From: Podospora anserina | Taxonomy: Eukaryota | Length of the DNA stretch: 64,000 nt | NCBI GenBank assembly: GCA_017654855.1 | Contig: CM030338.1 | Span: forward strand, 1,426,001 to 1,490,000 | Reading direction: 5' to 3' | Part shown: one piece after another, positions 33,755 through 46,125 of the stretch | How the letters are laid out: every line of letters starts with the position of its first letter | Position numbering within the stretch: position 1 is the stretch's first letter | Program-made: the position numbers and the translations under genes | The notes under the pieces: generated by a model | What the model was told of the DNA's origin: nothing | Database searches by the model: none | What the model saw: only the letters and a program-made list of their open reading frames with translations

Positions 33755-35566
33755 TTACATCTTCACCCCTTTTTCCTCCTCCCCGGCCGTCTCTTCCCCT
33801 CTCACCGTCTCATCCTCACTCAACACACCCCCTCCCATCTTCCCCTCCTCGCCGCTGCTCTCCTTCCTCTCATGACTCATCTTCATCCGTCCCAAAATCT
33901 CCTCGGCCTCCCTCGCGTACTTGCACCTCTTCCTGATCCTCGCCCCATACTTCCAAAACAACAAGGGGAAAGGCACGCACGCCAAAGCGAGAAACGCCGG
34001 GACGGTACTCGCCCAGTGGATCCCCAGGTCCTGGTACATGTACGTCGTAAACAGCGGAAACGCCGCACCAAACAAACTTCTCAACACCGAGTTCGCGGCC
34101 AGGACCGAGGCGGCAAAGACGGTGTAGCTGTCGATCATGTACGTCAACAAACTCAAGAACACGGCCACCAGCCCCGCGGCGAAAAAAGCGGATGCAGTGA
34201 TGGAGACCATCCAGTGGATTTCAGGGCCGTTTGTCCACGCGAACCAGAACAATCCGACAGGGAGGAAGATAGACCCGACGATCGCGGGAGGGAGTCGAGA
34301 CTCGGGGGTTGCGAGGCCGGAGGAGAGGAGGGGCATGAAACGGGTTTTGTTGTCGATCATGGCGTATGTGACGGCAAAAACCATACCGACGGCCACGCCG
34401 ACAAAGGCTAGGCCGCCGATGCCGGGGGACCAGCCGCGGTTGAGCTGGTAGACTATGGGGAAGGCGGCGAAGAGGAGGTAGAGGGTTCCGTAGACGATGG
34501 CGAGGTAGATTGATGTGAAGAGGACGATTGGTTCTTTGAAGAGCAAGACCCAGGGGCGGGTGAGGGTTGTTTTTATTTTTTGGGACTTGGTCGAGGGGTC
34601 GAGGAGGTCCATTTTGGAGATGTAGATTTTCCCTGTGTGGGAGGTGAGGGCTGCCGCGCGTTTTTGGAGGAGGACGGGGGCGTAAGTTTCGGGTACGTAG
34701 AGGAGGCAGAGGAGCCAGAGGGTGCCGGTGAAGATTGCTGTTAGGCCTTGGATCCAGCGCCACCCTAAAGATTCGCCGACGAAGCCGCCTACGATGGGGC
34801 CGATGGAGGGCCCGAGGAAGGGAGCCATTGCGAAGACGCCGGCTGCGGCTCCTCTTTCTTTTTGGGAGTTAGTATAGGGGAAAGATGGATGGAGAGGGAG
34901 GGGAAAAAGGGGGGGGGGCTTACCGTTGACGTCAAACATGTCTGCTACTACGCCGCCCGAGTTGGTGAGTGGTGATGAGCCAAAGGCTCCGGCGAAGAAG
35001 CGGAGGATGACGAGGGTTTCGATTGTGTCTGCCCCGGCGGCTCCGGCGCAGAATACCATGAGGGCCATGTAGGTCAGGGCGAAAATCGGCTGGCGTCCGT
35101 AGAATTCACTCAGGGGCGCCCAAAGTAACGGACCGATGGCGAAGCCAAAGACGAAGAGAGAGATGCCCAGGGTGGCCATTGTTGGCGTGACTTGGAAGTA
35201 TCTGATGATTTCAAAAACGCCGCCTGAATAGGCGGTGGAAGCAAAGGCCACTGCCAGGGTTGCGACGGCCTGCAGTAACGTGATGATCCATTTCTTGTAG
35301 TTGGGGTAGGTCATGGGGTTGAAGGGGTCGGATTTCCCTGGGAGGAAGTCGACGATGTAGGGAGAGGATTCTGTGCCATCTCCCGGGTAGGGGTGGGACA
35401 ATATGGCGGGCGTGAGGTGAGAAGGGGACAGTACGAGACGCCAGTGAGGGACATGATTGCTGTTGCTGGTGGTGTTGTAATCAGTCTGGGACTCCATATC
35501 TGGCTTTGGTGTTGGGGAGGGTGGTGTAGTCGGCAAAGCCGTCACCGACGACGAAGAGGATGCCAT
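33755..35566 (-). CDS. MFS drug:H+ antiporter, DHA1 family (Tpo1-like); one in-frame intron near 34858-34923
   Basis: GISLFVFGFAIGPLLWAPLSEFYGR, LRFFAGAFGSSPL, APFLGPSIGPIVGGF, WRW, PETYAPVLL, PESRL, AASVLAANSVLRSLFGAAFPLF. Confidence 0.92.
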   Translation of the reverse strand: MASSSSSVTALPTTPPSPTPKPDMESQTDYNTTSNSNHVPHWRLVLSPSHLTPAILSHPYPGDGTESSPYIVDFLPGKSDPFNPMTYPNYKKWIITLLQAVATLAVAFASTAYSGGVFEIIRYFQVTPTMATLGISLFVFGFAIGPLLWAPLSEFYGRQPIFALTYMALMVFCAGAAGADTIETLVILRFFAGAFGSSPLTNSGGVVADMFDVNGKPPPLFPLPLHPSFPYTNSQKERGAAAGVFAMAPFLGPSIGPIVGGFVGESLGWRWIQGLTAIFTGTLWLLCLLYVPETYAPVLLQKRAAALTSHTGKIYISKMDLLDPSTKSQKIKTTLTRPWVLLFKEPIVLFTSIYLAIVYGTLYLLFAAFPIVYQLNRGWSPGIGGLAFVGVAVGMVFAVTYAMIDNKTRFMPLLSSGLATPESRLPPAIVGSIFLPVGLFWFAWTNGPEIHWMVSITASAFFAAGLVAVFLSLLTYMIDSYTVFAASVLAANSVLRSLFGAAFPLFTTYMYQDLGIHWASTVPAFLALACVPFPLLFWKYGARIRKRCKYAREAEEILGRMKMSHERKESSGEEGKMGGGVLSEDETVRGEETAGEEEKGVKM

Positions 35567-36836
35567 GTTGAAGTTTGTGACCAGTCTGCTATGGTAACGA
35601 GTAACGATATCGGAATCTTATATCATGATATGGTGATACAAAAGAAACCACGATAAGATATTGTAACCGCGAGAACAGAAACCCAATGCCATCCGGACAC
35701 CCAAATGGGGGAACCACTCGCCGTTTTATATGGCCAAGCCCGCCCTCTCCAGCAAAGCTTCCTCAACTCCGTTCCCCGATCCTGATCAAACGAAACCAAC
35801 AATAGCAAGATTAACAAACCACTACCCGCCCACGCCGCCCATCATGGACTTTGGATTTCTGAATCCCGTTCCTGGTCCCACAACGGACGAACTGCCAAGA
35901 GCATGAGGCTCCTCCATCTCTGACAACACTGGACCCCTGACGTGATCTCCTGTCAGAATGAGCGTGCTCCGTCAGATCTGTAAACGGCCATTATGGATCA
36001 CAAGATTGGCGACGACTGCGGCAAGTGGACTGGTTGTAACCACCGCTGGACGGTTCCAAAAAGTCGGGACTCGGACAGGAAGAAGCACCGTGAGAAACAA
36101 CAGGAGAATGAGTGATGACAAAACGGCATTGAAGGCACTCCACTTGAAGGACACGCCCAGAACGATAGCCTCGCAACTTCTCGAGGATTCTCATTTGTGG
36201 GCTCTTGGTCTTGCTAGGCCGCGTCGTTGTCCTTGATTCAATTTCGCAGCTGGTTTTCCAACGGCCGAGGCATGCGGAGTATTTCTCGCAGGCTTACAAA
36301 CCAGGCTTTCCAGAAGAACGACAAGCCCAATTTGCCCCTGAGAGAGAGACGAAAAAAATCGGCGAACGAGACCACAGAAAAGAGAGACTGTTGTCGGGAT
36401 CGTGGAGCCGCAAGATCAAAGCAGCGGTGGGTGCCAATGCCGACGCACCGAGGTTAGCGCTCCTTGAAACTTTTTGAATTGTAGATCATCGGCGGGATTC
36501 ACATGCTCCTAACCTCCAACTCCGGTCGTGCTGACATCATGCACAGACTTACTCTGAATTTCCAGTCATCTTTCTTTTGACATCTTGGCATTGGAACCAA
36601 ACATTGTTGAAGCCCAATATCGGACTGTTGTCGTCCAAGCTCGAAAATGCAATAGCAAAGCCATGTTTCGGCACCGGAAAGCTCGGTTCCAAAGCCACGG
36701 GATATCAGCCCATCCCACGCAATGCATGAACTGACCATCGTATAAACCATCATGGGGTGATGCTGGATGTATTCGTTGGCAGATCCGCCCCGGCTCAGCC
36801 TTGTAGATGGGTATCTTTCCGATCTTTGAGCAGGAT

Positions 36837-38709
36837 CTAATCGTCAAACCCACTCCAATCATCCTCACTCTCATCCTCGCTCTCTTCATCTGCCCCCTTC
36901 TTCAGAGTCGGCATCCCATCCGGCCCTCTCACGATCCTCCCGTCCCCATCTCTCACAAACGGCCCCTCTCCCTCACTCCCACTCCCAAACCTAACATCCC
37001 CTTCCGTATCATCCACCTCAACCGCCTTCCTCCCGGTAGCCTTCAACGTCGGAATCCCATTCTCATCCCTCACAACCCTCCCCTGTTGATCCCTCACATA
37101 CGGCCCCTCCTCATCTTCTTCCACTTGTTTCTTCTCCCCATCCACCGTCCCGTCCCTCACAAACATCACCACAAAAAACCCCATCGTCCCCCGTCCATCA
37201 TCCCTAAAAGCCCTGACACACCCCTCGGCGACCTCCTTATCCCCCTCACAACCCTCCACCTCCCCCCTAACATCCCACTCCCACATCCCCCTAACCTGCT
37301 CCTCCCGCCTCAAAACCCTCCACCCCCTCCTCCTCGCCACCTCGGACCCCAACGCCCTGATCGTAACCCCCTCATTCTCCCCCTTATGAACCGAACACGT
37401 AGAATATGTCACCTTCCTCGCATTAGGAAACTCAAACGCATGCAAAACAATCTGCAGCTGAAACGCCGCCAAAGCCTCAATCCTTTGCTGTAGGTCCTTT
37501 TCAGAGGAAACCACCGTTTCCTGTCCATCATCATCCACCATCATCGCCGGTGCCGGTTTCATCTCCTCTTCCCCCTCGGCCCGTTTCCTTTTCTTGTTTC
37601 CACTCTTCCCATTACCCGGTTTGTTCTTGCTGGCTAACGCCTCAGGGAGGCAAAGCTCAGGAACATCATCACGGCCGACAATCCCACTCCCCGAACAACT
37701 CGGATCGAGCAGCAGCGCCCCGACATGGGCGTATTCCTCCGCCTGGGGATCAGCTCGGAGGAAGTCCTCTGCTGGGTGAACCACCGTCTTTGCGTCACTT
37801 CCCGCGATTTTGATCATTTTCTGCAGGGTCTTGGCTCTGTTTCTGTCTTTTTCAAATGCATGGATGGTTTGTCCTCGGGCGAAACCCCGTTCGGAGAGTA
37901 TCCCGGCGAGGTGGGTGGTTTTGTTTCCTGGGGCGGAGCAAGCGTCAATGATATCCCCATCTTCCGGTCTTGGGTCAAGTAGATAGGCAGGGAAGCAAGA
38001 GGCTTTGTCCTGGAGGATGATCTCGCCCTTTTTGTAGGCTTCCGTCTTGGTGAAGTCGAGGACGGAGGGGGGGACGGCGATGAGGTTGGGGATGTGACCG
38101 TCAAGACACAAGACTTTTTTCTTGCGGGGGGCGGTCATGACTTGGGTTATCGAGGGGACGACTTCAAACCCTTTGAAGGTAGTCTCCAACTGTGCGTCAA
38201 GGGTTGATTTAATAGCATTGACGCGGATCCATCGGGGATGCTGAACTGGGCCGGCATATTCCGCTTCTATCAAGTCGCGAAAGGTTTCGATGGTGGGACA
38301 TTTCCTACGGATGCGGGCTTTGGTGAATTCCGAGGTGAGGCGGGCTTTGTGGCGGTCGATGGATTGGCGGAGGCCGTGGGAGGCTGGGAGGGCGATACCA
38401 CCTTTTGCGAGGAGGTGGTCGTGGACTAGGAGGATGGAGAGGATGGGGGTGAGCTGAGAATGATTATTAGTAGTTGATACTGCAATGGGTGAATGAAGGA
38501 AAACACACCTTGCGCTCGTGCTTGAGTAATTCGGCATTCTCAACCACTTCTTTGAGCACAGAACTCCATTTGCATGTCTCTAGGGCCAGGGCGTAGACCT
38601 GCGCTGGGGGGGACTTGAGGTCCTTGTTGCTAAAGACTCGTGATTTCAAGCTGCCGCCGTGTGTCGATGGCCCTGTGAGCAGCGCTGCTGCTTCGTGGTA
38701 GAGAGACAT
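36837..38709 (-). CDS. RCM1: 25S rRNA m5C methyltransferase Rcm1/NSUN5 (NOL1/NOP2/Sun family); one 5' intron
   Basis: N-terminus MSLYHEAA..., HPRWIRVN, ILQDKASCFPA, IDACSAPGNKTTHLA, LLDPSCSGSG, YSTCSVHKGENE. Confidence 0.92.
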
Positions 38710-39446
38710 TCTCAGTTACAACAGATGTCCGAGGCGTATTATTGATCCATTCAATTGAAATTTTTGAGTCGGGCCAAATGAGTTTGGGTTACTTGAGCTG
38801 AGTGATGAAGGTGAACTGCTGAAATGAGTTGTGAGTTGTGAGTTCTGGTTGGTTGCCTTGACATATTGCAAAATTTTGGAGGCCCAGGGTTAGGGATCAT
38901 GGCCGTTGATGTCGCTGAGAACTCAACCAAGAAGTCACGCGTTCACCTGCACAGATCATCAGTCACCAAAGTCATGGAAGAGCATATGTTTGCGTAAAAA
39001 ACACGCTTTCTCTAGCCTCTGGAGTATCTCATATTCCCTTCTATATATATGTCCCATCCCTCCCCGTCTTAAAAATCACCAAAAAAACCCAATGTTCCAA
39101 AAATGTTGTTCAGAAGAATCGAAGAATAAGTGATACATACACGAAATGTAAGAAGTGAAGTACAGCAGCAGCCACCAACGACAAAAACATATGGCGCTCT
39201 TTTGGGGGGGATCTCTTTCGTCATAAATCATCGTTTGATAGATAGGGAAAAGGAAAAAACACCGGAACATCCAAACACCCCTTCCCATATGTCCAGCCCT
39301 CCCCTTTTCCTACCGCTGAAAATTGTCCGCCCAAAACCAAAATTGGTATCCATCCCTAAATGTAAAGAGAAGGGCTTGACGCCCGCCCCGAAAGAAGTAA
39401 AAAGGTATCAAGGAAGAAGAAAAACCCCGTGTGACCAAGTCATCGT

Positions 39447-41321
39447 CTACCTCCGGTGGAGATGACGAGAGGGAATGCGGGCGTGGTGCGCAAGGTGGTT
39501 GTGGTTGCGCACATGGCGCTTCTCAGCCTTGGCAGGGGCAGCGCCGCCCTTGGTGAAGACGGTCAAGGCCCAGTCACCACCGCACTTCTGGCTGGCATCA
39601 CCCTTGCAGGTCATGTTGCACTTGGAGTCGTCAAGCTTCTCGACAGTGTTGAGGCTGTTGCCGCAGTAGCACTCGCCGCCGTACTCGGTGCCGGCAACAG
39701 AGAAGCCCTTGGAAGAGCAGTACTCGACGCAGGCGGTGTTGCTCACCTGGCCAATGTTGGGGAGAATCTTGCCAGAGATGACACGGTCAGACTGGTCCTT
39801 GTAGCAGCCGGCGGCCTTGAAGCCCGAGATCTCAGCACCAGACTTGGCAGACTGGGTGGGGCCGGCAGGGGCCTCGTAGACGGTCCTGGTCTGCCAGACG
39901 GTGACGGTGTCGTAGACAATCCTGACCTTGGGAGAAGCCGCAGGAGGAAGGACAGCCTCGCTGGTAGGCTCGGGCTTCTCAACGACAGGGGGTTCCTCAA
40001 CCTTGGTGGGGGCGGGAGCGGGAACGGTGACAAGGGTGGTGGAAGGTGGGGGCGGCGCAGCAACAGAGCTCGACGACGGGGCCGGAGCGGGGGCAGCAGA
40101 AGTTGATGGCTCTACCTTGATAGCAGGGGCGCTGCTGGACTTGGGAGTCTCCAGCTCGGGCTTCTCGACGACAGGCTCGGGCTCGGGAACAGCAGGAGCG
40201 GGAGCGGGCGAGACATTGCCGCCGCCATATTTCCAACCAGCGATGGGGTTGTTGCCGGGAAGCTTGTCAAGGGTGCCGGCAATCTTCTCCTGGATCGGGC
40301 ACTCAATGTTGCAGCTCTCGCTGTCAGGGTTGACACCATGCTTGAGGCCGGGGCAGTTGTGAAGACCGGCATGGCCAGCGTCGCAGGTGTCGATGATGTG
40401 CTGAAGCTCCTCCTCGTCCCAGCCGGAGATGAAATCACCGTGAGCCGAGAAACCAGTGGCATCACCGTTGGAGAAGACGAAAGGGCTCTCCTTGCCAAGC
40501 AAGTGCTGGTAGCGAGGCAAGAACTTGGGGGTGTTCCAGTAGGTCTCAAAGAACATGTGAGGGACGTGGATCCAGCCCTTGGGACAGTTGAGCTTGCCGC
40601 CGACAGGGGTAGGGAAAGCCATGTTGTTCTTGTAGTTGGTGAGGCCGGCGGCGGGGTTGTAGCAAGAGGGGAAGTGGACATCCACGCGCATGGGAGAGGC
40701 ATAGGCGTCGCAGTTCTGGAAGGGGAAGCCATAACCAGCACCCTTGTTGATCGGGTCACCAAGACCAGCCCTGGAGCCGTCCGAGTTGTCAGGCCAGCTA
40801 GGGGGGTTGTAGTTGGGGCGAGGGCAAGTGATCTGAGCGGCCTGGATGGGCTTGGAGGGATCCAGCTGAAGGGCGCCATCAGAGACATGGCTGGGCTTTG
40901 ACCTCAGAGTGGGGTTTCCGCTGACAATCTGGAGACCGAGAGGGAAAGCCTTGATATCGTCGTCGGTGGCGTCGAAGAAGTAATAGTTGACCATGTAAAA
41001 GAACTCGACGGGCTCCAAGAGTCCGGTCTCGGGGTCCTTGAAGTAGAGTGAAGGAACCCAGTATGAGCTCATGTCAGCCTTTGGCTTGGCTGTGGTGCAC
41101 TTGGACTGGCGCAGAGACTCTCCGGTAACGTTGAAGCCAAAGTTGCTGGCACCCATGACGGCGTGGACGTGGGCAGAAGGGCCTCCTGGTGAGACGATGG
41201 GATCGGCTCTGCATGTCGTCAATGGTCCCCGACCCTTGTGCTGAAGAGTCGCAAAGGTACGTCTATCCTTGGCGGCAGCCACTGTGACGGCCATGGTGGC
41301 CAAGATGGTGGTGAAATGCAT
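39447..41321 (-). CDS. Secreted DUF1996 + Pro/Ser/Thr linker + WSC-domain protein, 624 aa
   Basis: Signal peptide; RADPIVSPG..SAHVH, CTT...DMSSYWVPSLY, FPSC, HGDFISGW (DUF1996); GCYKD...CVEYC...AGTEYGGECYCG...CNMTCKG...CGG (WSC). Confidence 0.92.
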   Translation of the reverse strand: MHFTTILATMAVTVAAAKDRRTFATLQHKGRGPLTTCRADPIVSPGGPSAHVHAVMGASNFGFNVTGESLRQSKCTTAKPKADMSSYWVPSLYFKDPETGLLEPVEFFYMVNYYFFDATDDDIKAFPLGLQIVSGNPTLRSKPSHVSDGALQLDPSKPIQAAQITCPRPNYNPPSWPDNSDGSRAGLGDPINKGAGYGFPFQNCDAYASPMRVDVHFPSCYNPAAGLTNYKNNMAFPTPVGGKLNCPKGWIHVPHMFFETYWNTPKFLPRYQHLLGKESPFVFSNGDATGFSAHGDFISGWDEEELQHIIDTCDAGHAGLHNCPGLKHGVNPDSESCNIECPIQEKIAGTLDKLPGNNPIAGWKYGGGNVSPAPAPAVPEPEPVVEKPELETPKSSSAPAIKVEPSTSAAPAPAPSSSSVAAPPPPSTTLVTVPAPAPTKVEEPPVVEKPEPTSEAVLPPAASPKVRIVYDTVTVWQTRTVYEAPAGPTQSAKSGAEISGFKAAGCYKDQSDRVISGKILPNIGQVSNTACVEYCSSKGFSVAGTEYGGECYCGNSLNTVEKLDDSKCNMTCKGDASQKCGGDWALTVFTKGGAAPAKAEKRHVRNHNHLAHHARIPSRHLHRR

Positions 41322-44300
41322 GGTGAAGAAGTTGTTGTTGTTGTTGTTGTTGTTGTTTGGTATCGCTTGGAAATGTCTAAAGTCTATCCTTTGGTTGTTG
41401 GGTATCTCAAAAGTCGCTCCTCAACGGCTCGAGAAAAGTGTGGGAAGAAGTTGTCGAAGGGTTGATAAGACAAGTCTCTGGGACTGCTTGATAAAAGTTT
41501 CGAGTTGCTCAATACCGGTTGGCTGGAATGAATGGGGGGTTGTGATTGTGGAACAGTCGCTAACTATTCACGTTGGCCGTTTCTATTGTTGGTATTGCTT
41601 GACAGGTAGAAGCTGGATATCAACGGCTAGCGTGGTGGAAAGGACAGTGATGTAAGTGAGTATGTATTGCGCTGAGCAGGCTCCGCAGCTGGTGATGGTT
41701 GGAAAAAAGGGAGTGTAAAGTGATGTGCAACAGCACAACTTGGATTCGAAGGAGAGAGATGAGGCACGAGTGCCAGGAAAAAAAGAGAATGACAGGACAA
41801 CAAAAACCCACAGGAGGTTGAGGAGGAGAAGGGTGAGGGTGAGGGAAAGAAAAGAGGGAGACGGGACGAACTCCCGGCATGGGTGTGACCCAGTTTATAC
41901 GCAACACGAGCCGACGACGTTGTGCTGTGTGTCCACACTTGCCCACCCCACCCCACCCTCAGCCCGGCACCGTGGGTCCAGAAGCACCAGAAGCTGAGAA
42001 GCGAGAGAAGTCCCGTCTCCTTTCACTCCTCTGGCTAGCCCGATTGAGACATATTCGGACGCCCATTCCAAGGAGAGAGAGCGGTCGATGAGCAATTGAC
42101 TGCCAGGATTTTGCCAGGGCAAACATCAGACATCGGAAGGTCCGGTGGAGGAGCTGAAGGCAGTGGATTCCTCACCTCACCATCTGGGCTGGGCAGAGGT
42201 TTGTGGATGTCTAACTGTCTAACAGCTGGCGTGCACTGGCGTTTGTCTACCCTATCTGGGCTGGCCCCTTCATCAAACACGCCGTCTGATCCAGTGGTTC
42301 CTGGCTCTCGAGATGTCAAGAGACTTCAGATGAGAGGGGGTCGGCGAACCGCCATGGTGGACGAGAGCACGAGGGAGAGGAAAAAAACTGTGCGCTCAGG
42401 GGTAACGCTCGCTCAGGCCACTCTGTACCTGCATCTTGCTCATCGCCACTGCGGATCCCATTGGCCGGATGTTCTGCAAGCTGCAGGTCGTTAGGTGTGT
42501 GCCTGAGTTGGCACAGGGCGGGACGGCAGAGGATAAAAAAGACAAAGAAGTTATGTTGTTACGCGGCGCGAATGGCGTCCAATAGGATCGATCGACTGGC
42601 AAACTCGAAAAACGGGAAACTTCCAAATATGGTGCCCTCCTCCTTCCAGACCCTCCAAGTATTCAAGTATCACCGTCAGAAACGGAGTGGAAGGCGGACG
42701 CCGACAGACGGGTAGCCAACATGTGGGAATTGGGCACAAAAATGCGGTCCCTGGGTTTTTCATCTCGTCTGTGTCGCGGGATACCAACGGTTCCCTGGAC
42801 CGGCCCGACACCAAACTCTCGACGACCTGACGTTGCGGTTGGGAACTTTGGTTCCCCGCACACCTGGGTTTTGGGGCTTCTTTTTATTTTTATTTTTTAC
42901 GACGGGTACACAAACGGCGCCTGAAAATAAATCGCCCATTATAGCGTCATATCTACCAGTCTTTGAGAAACCAGCTACACTGAATAAATAAACCATCCCT
43001 TTCTTGTTTCTTGTTCTTCCAGAATAGCTGCTGACAGTCGCAGTCCAAGGCACAGAATGTCCGATATCATCATCACCATCACTTACGAATCCTCTCTCCT
43101 CTCCCTGCCCCGCACTTTTCCATCTTATCAATGCTCCGTGCCAACAGCAAGGGGGTTGACCCTCACTTGGAACAACCGTCCAATCACAGCCTCACAAAAC
43201 ACACCAAGCCAGGGGATTTGGGGGGCCCCAGCGTGTTCTCGTGCGTTTGAAACACAACCAACTCCCGAACGGAGCCTACCCAGCAAGCCACTCCCTGTCG
43301 TCGCTTCCGCCGTCAAAAGAAGAAGCATCTCAGAGAAGTCCAGAGAAGACGGGTCAGATCTGACTGCTCTCCCGAGACAGTTTCTTCCGAGATCTGATTT
43401 TCGACGATGCTAGCGTAGCTCTGAAATGAGGAACCCACCGTGTCTTCAGAAAGATTGACGACATCACTTCTGCTACGGTATCATCATTCACCGCAGCTTT
43501 TGTTATCACCATTCTCGCAGTGGTGTCTGATCGCAGCAGTCTTGCATCAGCTTTTAGGCCCTGCATTTACATATCCAGCCTATGCCAAAACGGTGCAATC
43601 TTTCCCTATGGTCTCTCCCTAGCACACCACGCGCGCGGTTCAACTTTCCTGGCCTAGATAGCCGCCAAGTCTAGTATCTTCCGTTTTGTCGGCGGCGAGT
43701 GATGGAAACACTCTGTAAAGTCGCCGATATTCACCATGTTCTGTGGCGGCGGGTGTTTGCGCGCGCAGTCTTGTGGACTCTTCACATTCCTCCTCCCTCT
43801 GGCTGAACAAGGCCATTTACGCCCCCCCGTTTCAAGTGTCAATACTCTTGGGTCCGTTGACGAGCTGCCGACGGCTGACGACTGAGACTTGGCCCCCCCG
43901 ACTCACGGATGCTATCCGGACGCTCATCTTGACCTGAAAATCACTACGGGAGGCACCGCTTCAACCTGGCTGGATTACGGGCCTGAATCACCGCAGTGCG
44001 ACCCGGTCAGCTCTGGGGATTGGGCGTCTCCCCGAGTCTTTTGACCGCCACCGACCTTGACGGAGAATTTTGAGAAACCTACAGGACCCGGGACCGAGAA
44101 AATACTAGGCATGAGCTGCTGCTGAACCTCCTCCCCCCTTTTCTTCGGCGCCGTTGGTAGGGGCGCCGAGGGCGTCATGGCTCTGTGCCACCCACGAAAT
44201 CCCTCCGGCGGCGCAGGCAGAAAACCTACAAACAGTTTCTTGCTTGGCGAAACACAAGTCCCAAAGTCTATCACGACTCTCTATGTCAGCAAGCAGAAAG

Positions 44301-44701
44301 CTGGGAAATCCTAAATCCGACTGCATCTGCCCAGAAAAAGGGATCACCAACAGACAAACGGTCCTCCGGAATCACTGACCGTCTTGTCTATCCTTGATAC
44401 AAATCCAAGCAAGGCGCCACCTCCCTTTATTTCACCATGAAAGAAGGCAAACCACTCCCTTCCGTGGCGTCAAGGGACATAGTGAACACCTTTGCTGCGC
44501 ACAATATGCGACAGAAGAAAAAGAAAAAAGACACAGCAGTCTGCGGTGACCAGTCGAAGTGAATGGCCTGATGGCAGACAACACACCAGACATGATTTCT
44601 TAGATGACGTGGCACGGCCTACTCTGTGGCCTGTGGTCTGAGGCCTGACGGGCAGCCACCGGGGGCCACCTGCCTTGTCCTCACTGTAGAGATGTAAAGT
44701 G

Positions 44702-44705
<4 letters not shown>

Positions 44706-44742
<37 letters not shown>
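44706..44742. repeat. (TG)18 microsatellite
   Basis: Direct reading. Confidence 0.9.
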
Positions 44743-44743
<1 letters not shown>

Positions 44744-45730
44744 GGGTTTGCCATACAAACCTCTCATCACATACCTCCCAGATACAGACACAAGGCACCG
44801 CATTATGGTCGTCATTTTCTTTCTGGCCTTTTGGCTACACTTGCACTGAACAACAACTAACTACCAATCACCACAGGCAAGGCTGCCAACCCTGAGAGAA
44901 GATCATTTTTTCCAAGGAGCGAAAACAAGAAATAGGAAGGAGGTTGAGAGATTCCCAATGTAATCTGCACGATTCTACTAGTGTTCCTGCAAGTTGCCGT
45001 GCCCAAAGAAAACCTGCCCGCCAGCCTGGGGATGCACGACACATAACACCACACACCACCACATGGAGATACTAAAGCAAGGTACGAGCAGCAGCATACA
45101 CGTAAGCTAAGGTGAAGTGGGTAGCCAACTTTGATGCAGATACCCGGTAGTCGCTGCGGGTTATTGACCACTCATGGCTCCAAGACGAGATGGAGTGGGA
45201 TGTGACGGCCCGATCTCGCACTTTTTTGCTGCCGTCGTTTTCCTCGGATTTTGGAGATGGGTTTGATGGGTGAGATAGGATAGGATTCTAGATGTAGGTG
45301 CACAAGTGTAGTATCTTAGTCAGGTCGGGGTAGGGTTGCGGGTCGGGTTAGGTGAGACCGATGCTCACTTCTCTTCAGCTCTTTTGTTCAACCATCCCAG
45401 AATGGCCACGGACGAGATGCAGAGTACTCCATGTAGTATCTACCGACCTTAGTTTGCTGTCAACTGGCAGTTGTGGTCTGTCCTGTCACTGGTGCTGCAA
45501 CGAGACCAATATCCCACCCTGAAAAGCCCTCCAGCTAACCATATCCCACGTGCCCACCACATACTAACAACTAGAATCTAGACAACCTGCAAATCATCAC
45601 TAGCGCCGGCACTTCGCTCGCTTGAAATAAACCTTGCCACAAGCCATGCTCTTTTCTCACTCAGCTACCGAACCCCTCAGGCCTACCCCCACACTATCAA
45701 ATCCCCGACGGGGTTTCTAGACCATGTTTT

Positions 45731-46125
45731 CCTCACCCCAGCTACCAGGAATGGCCGCCATAGGAACTTAGGGGTAGTGTTTCTACATTCAATATTACGG
45801 GACAACTACCGAGAGATTACCAGACTACAGACATCCATCAAAGATAGGTAGGTATCCAACATCATCCGATGGATGAAGATCCTCACCCACCTCGTGCTTT
45901 GCCCCGTTTGCGGAAGACAGCCGCCTCATGTAGGTAAGCACAACTGTGTTTTGAAGTTCAATATTACGGGAAAGATATCCGAGGGTTTTTACCAATCCAA
46001 ACCTCTTCTACAGCTGGGTAAGGTGGGTATCCAGCCTCAACTGCCCCAGAAAAGCCGCCCTCGAGAAGAAACAGTCGACACCAGGCGAGGGGACGACGTC
46101 TCTAGATCCAATATTGCGGCACAGG
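45731..46125 (+). repeat. Three degenerate ~150-170-bp tandem units, possibly a decayed repeat-protein gene
   Basis: Collinear anchors CCTCA(CCC)...GCCGCC...TTCAATATTACGGGA...GGTATCCA in units 1 and 2; TCCAATATTGCGGCA in unit 3. Confidence 0.55.

Noticed and set aside
27183-35566. Three adjacent transporters (Sut1-like, Nhx1, DHA1) as a functional cluster
   Set aside because: Unrelated substrates and compartments, and no enzyme or regulator linking them; ordinary gene order.
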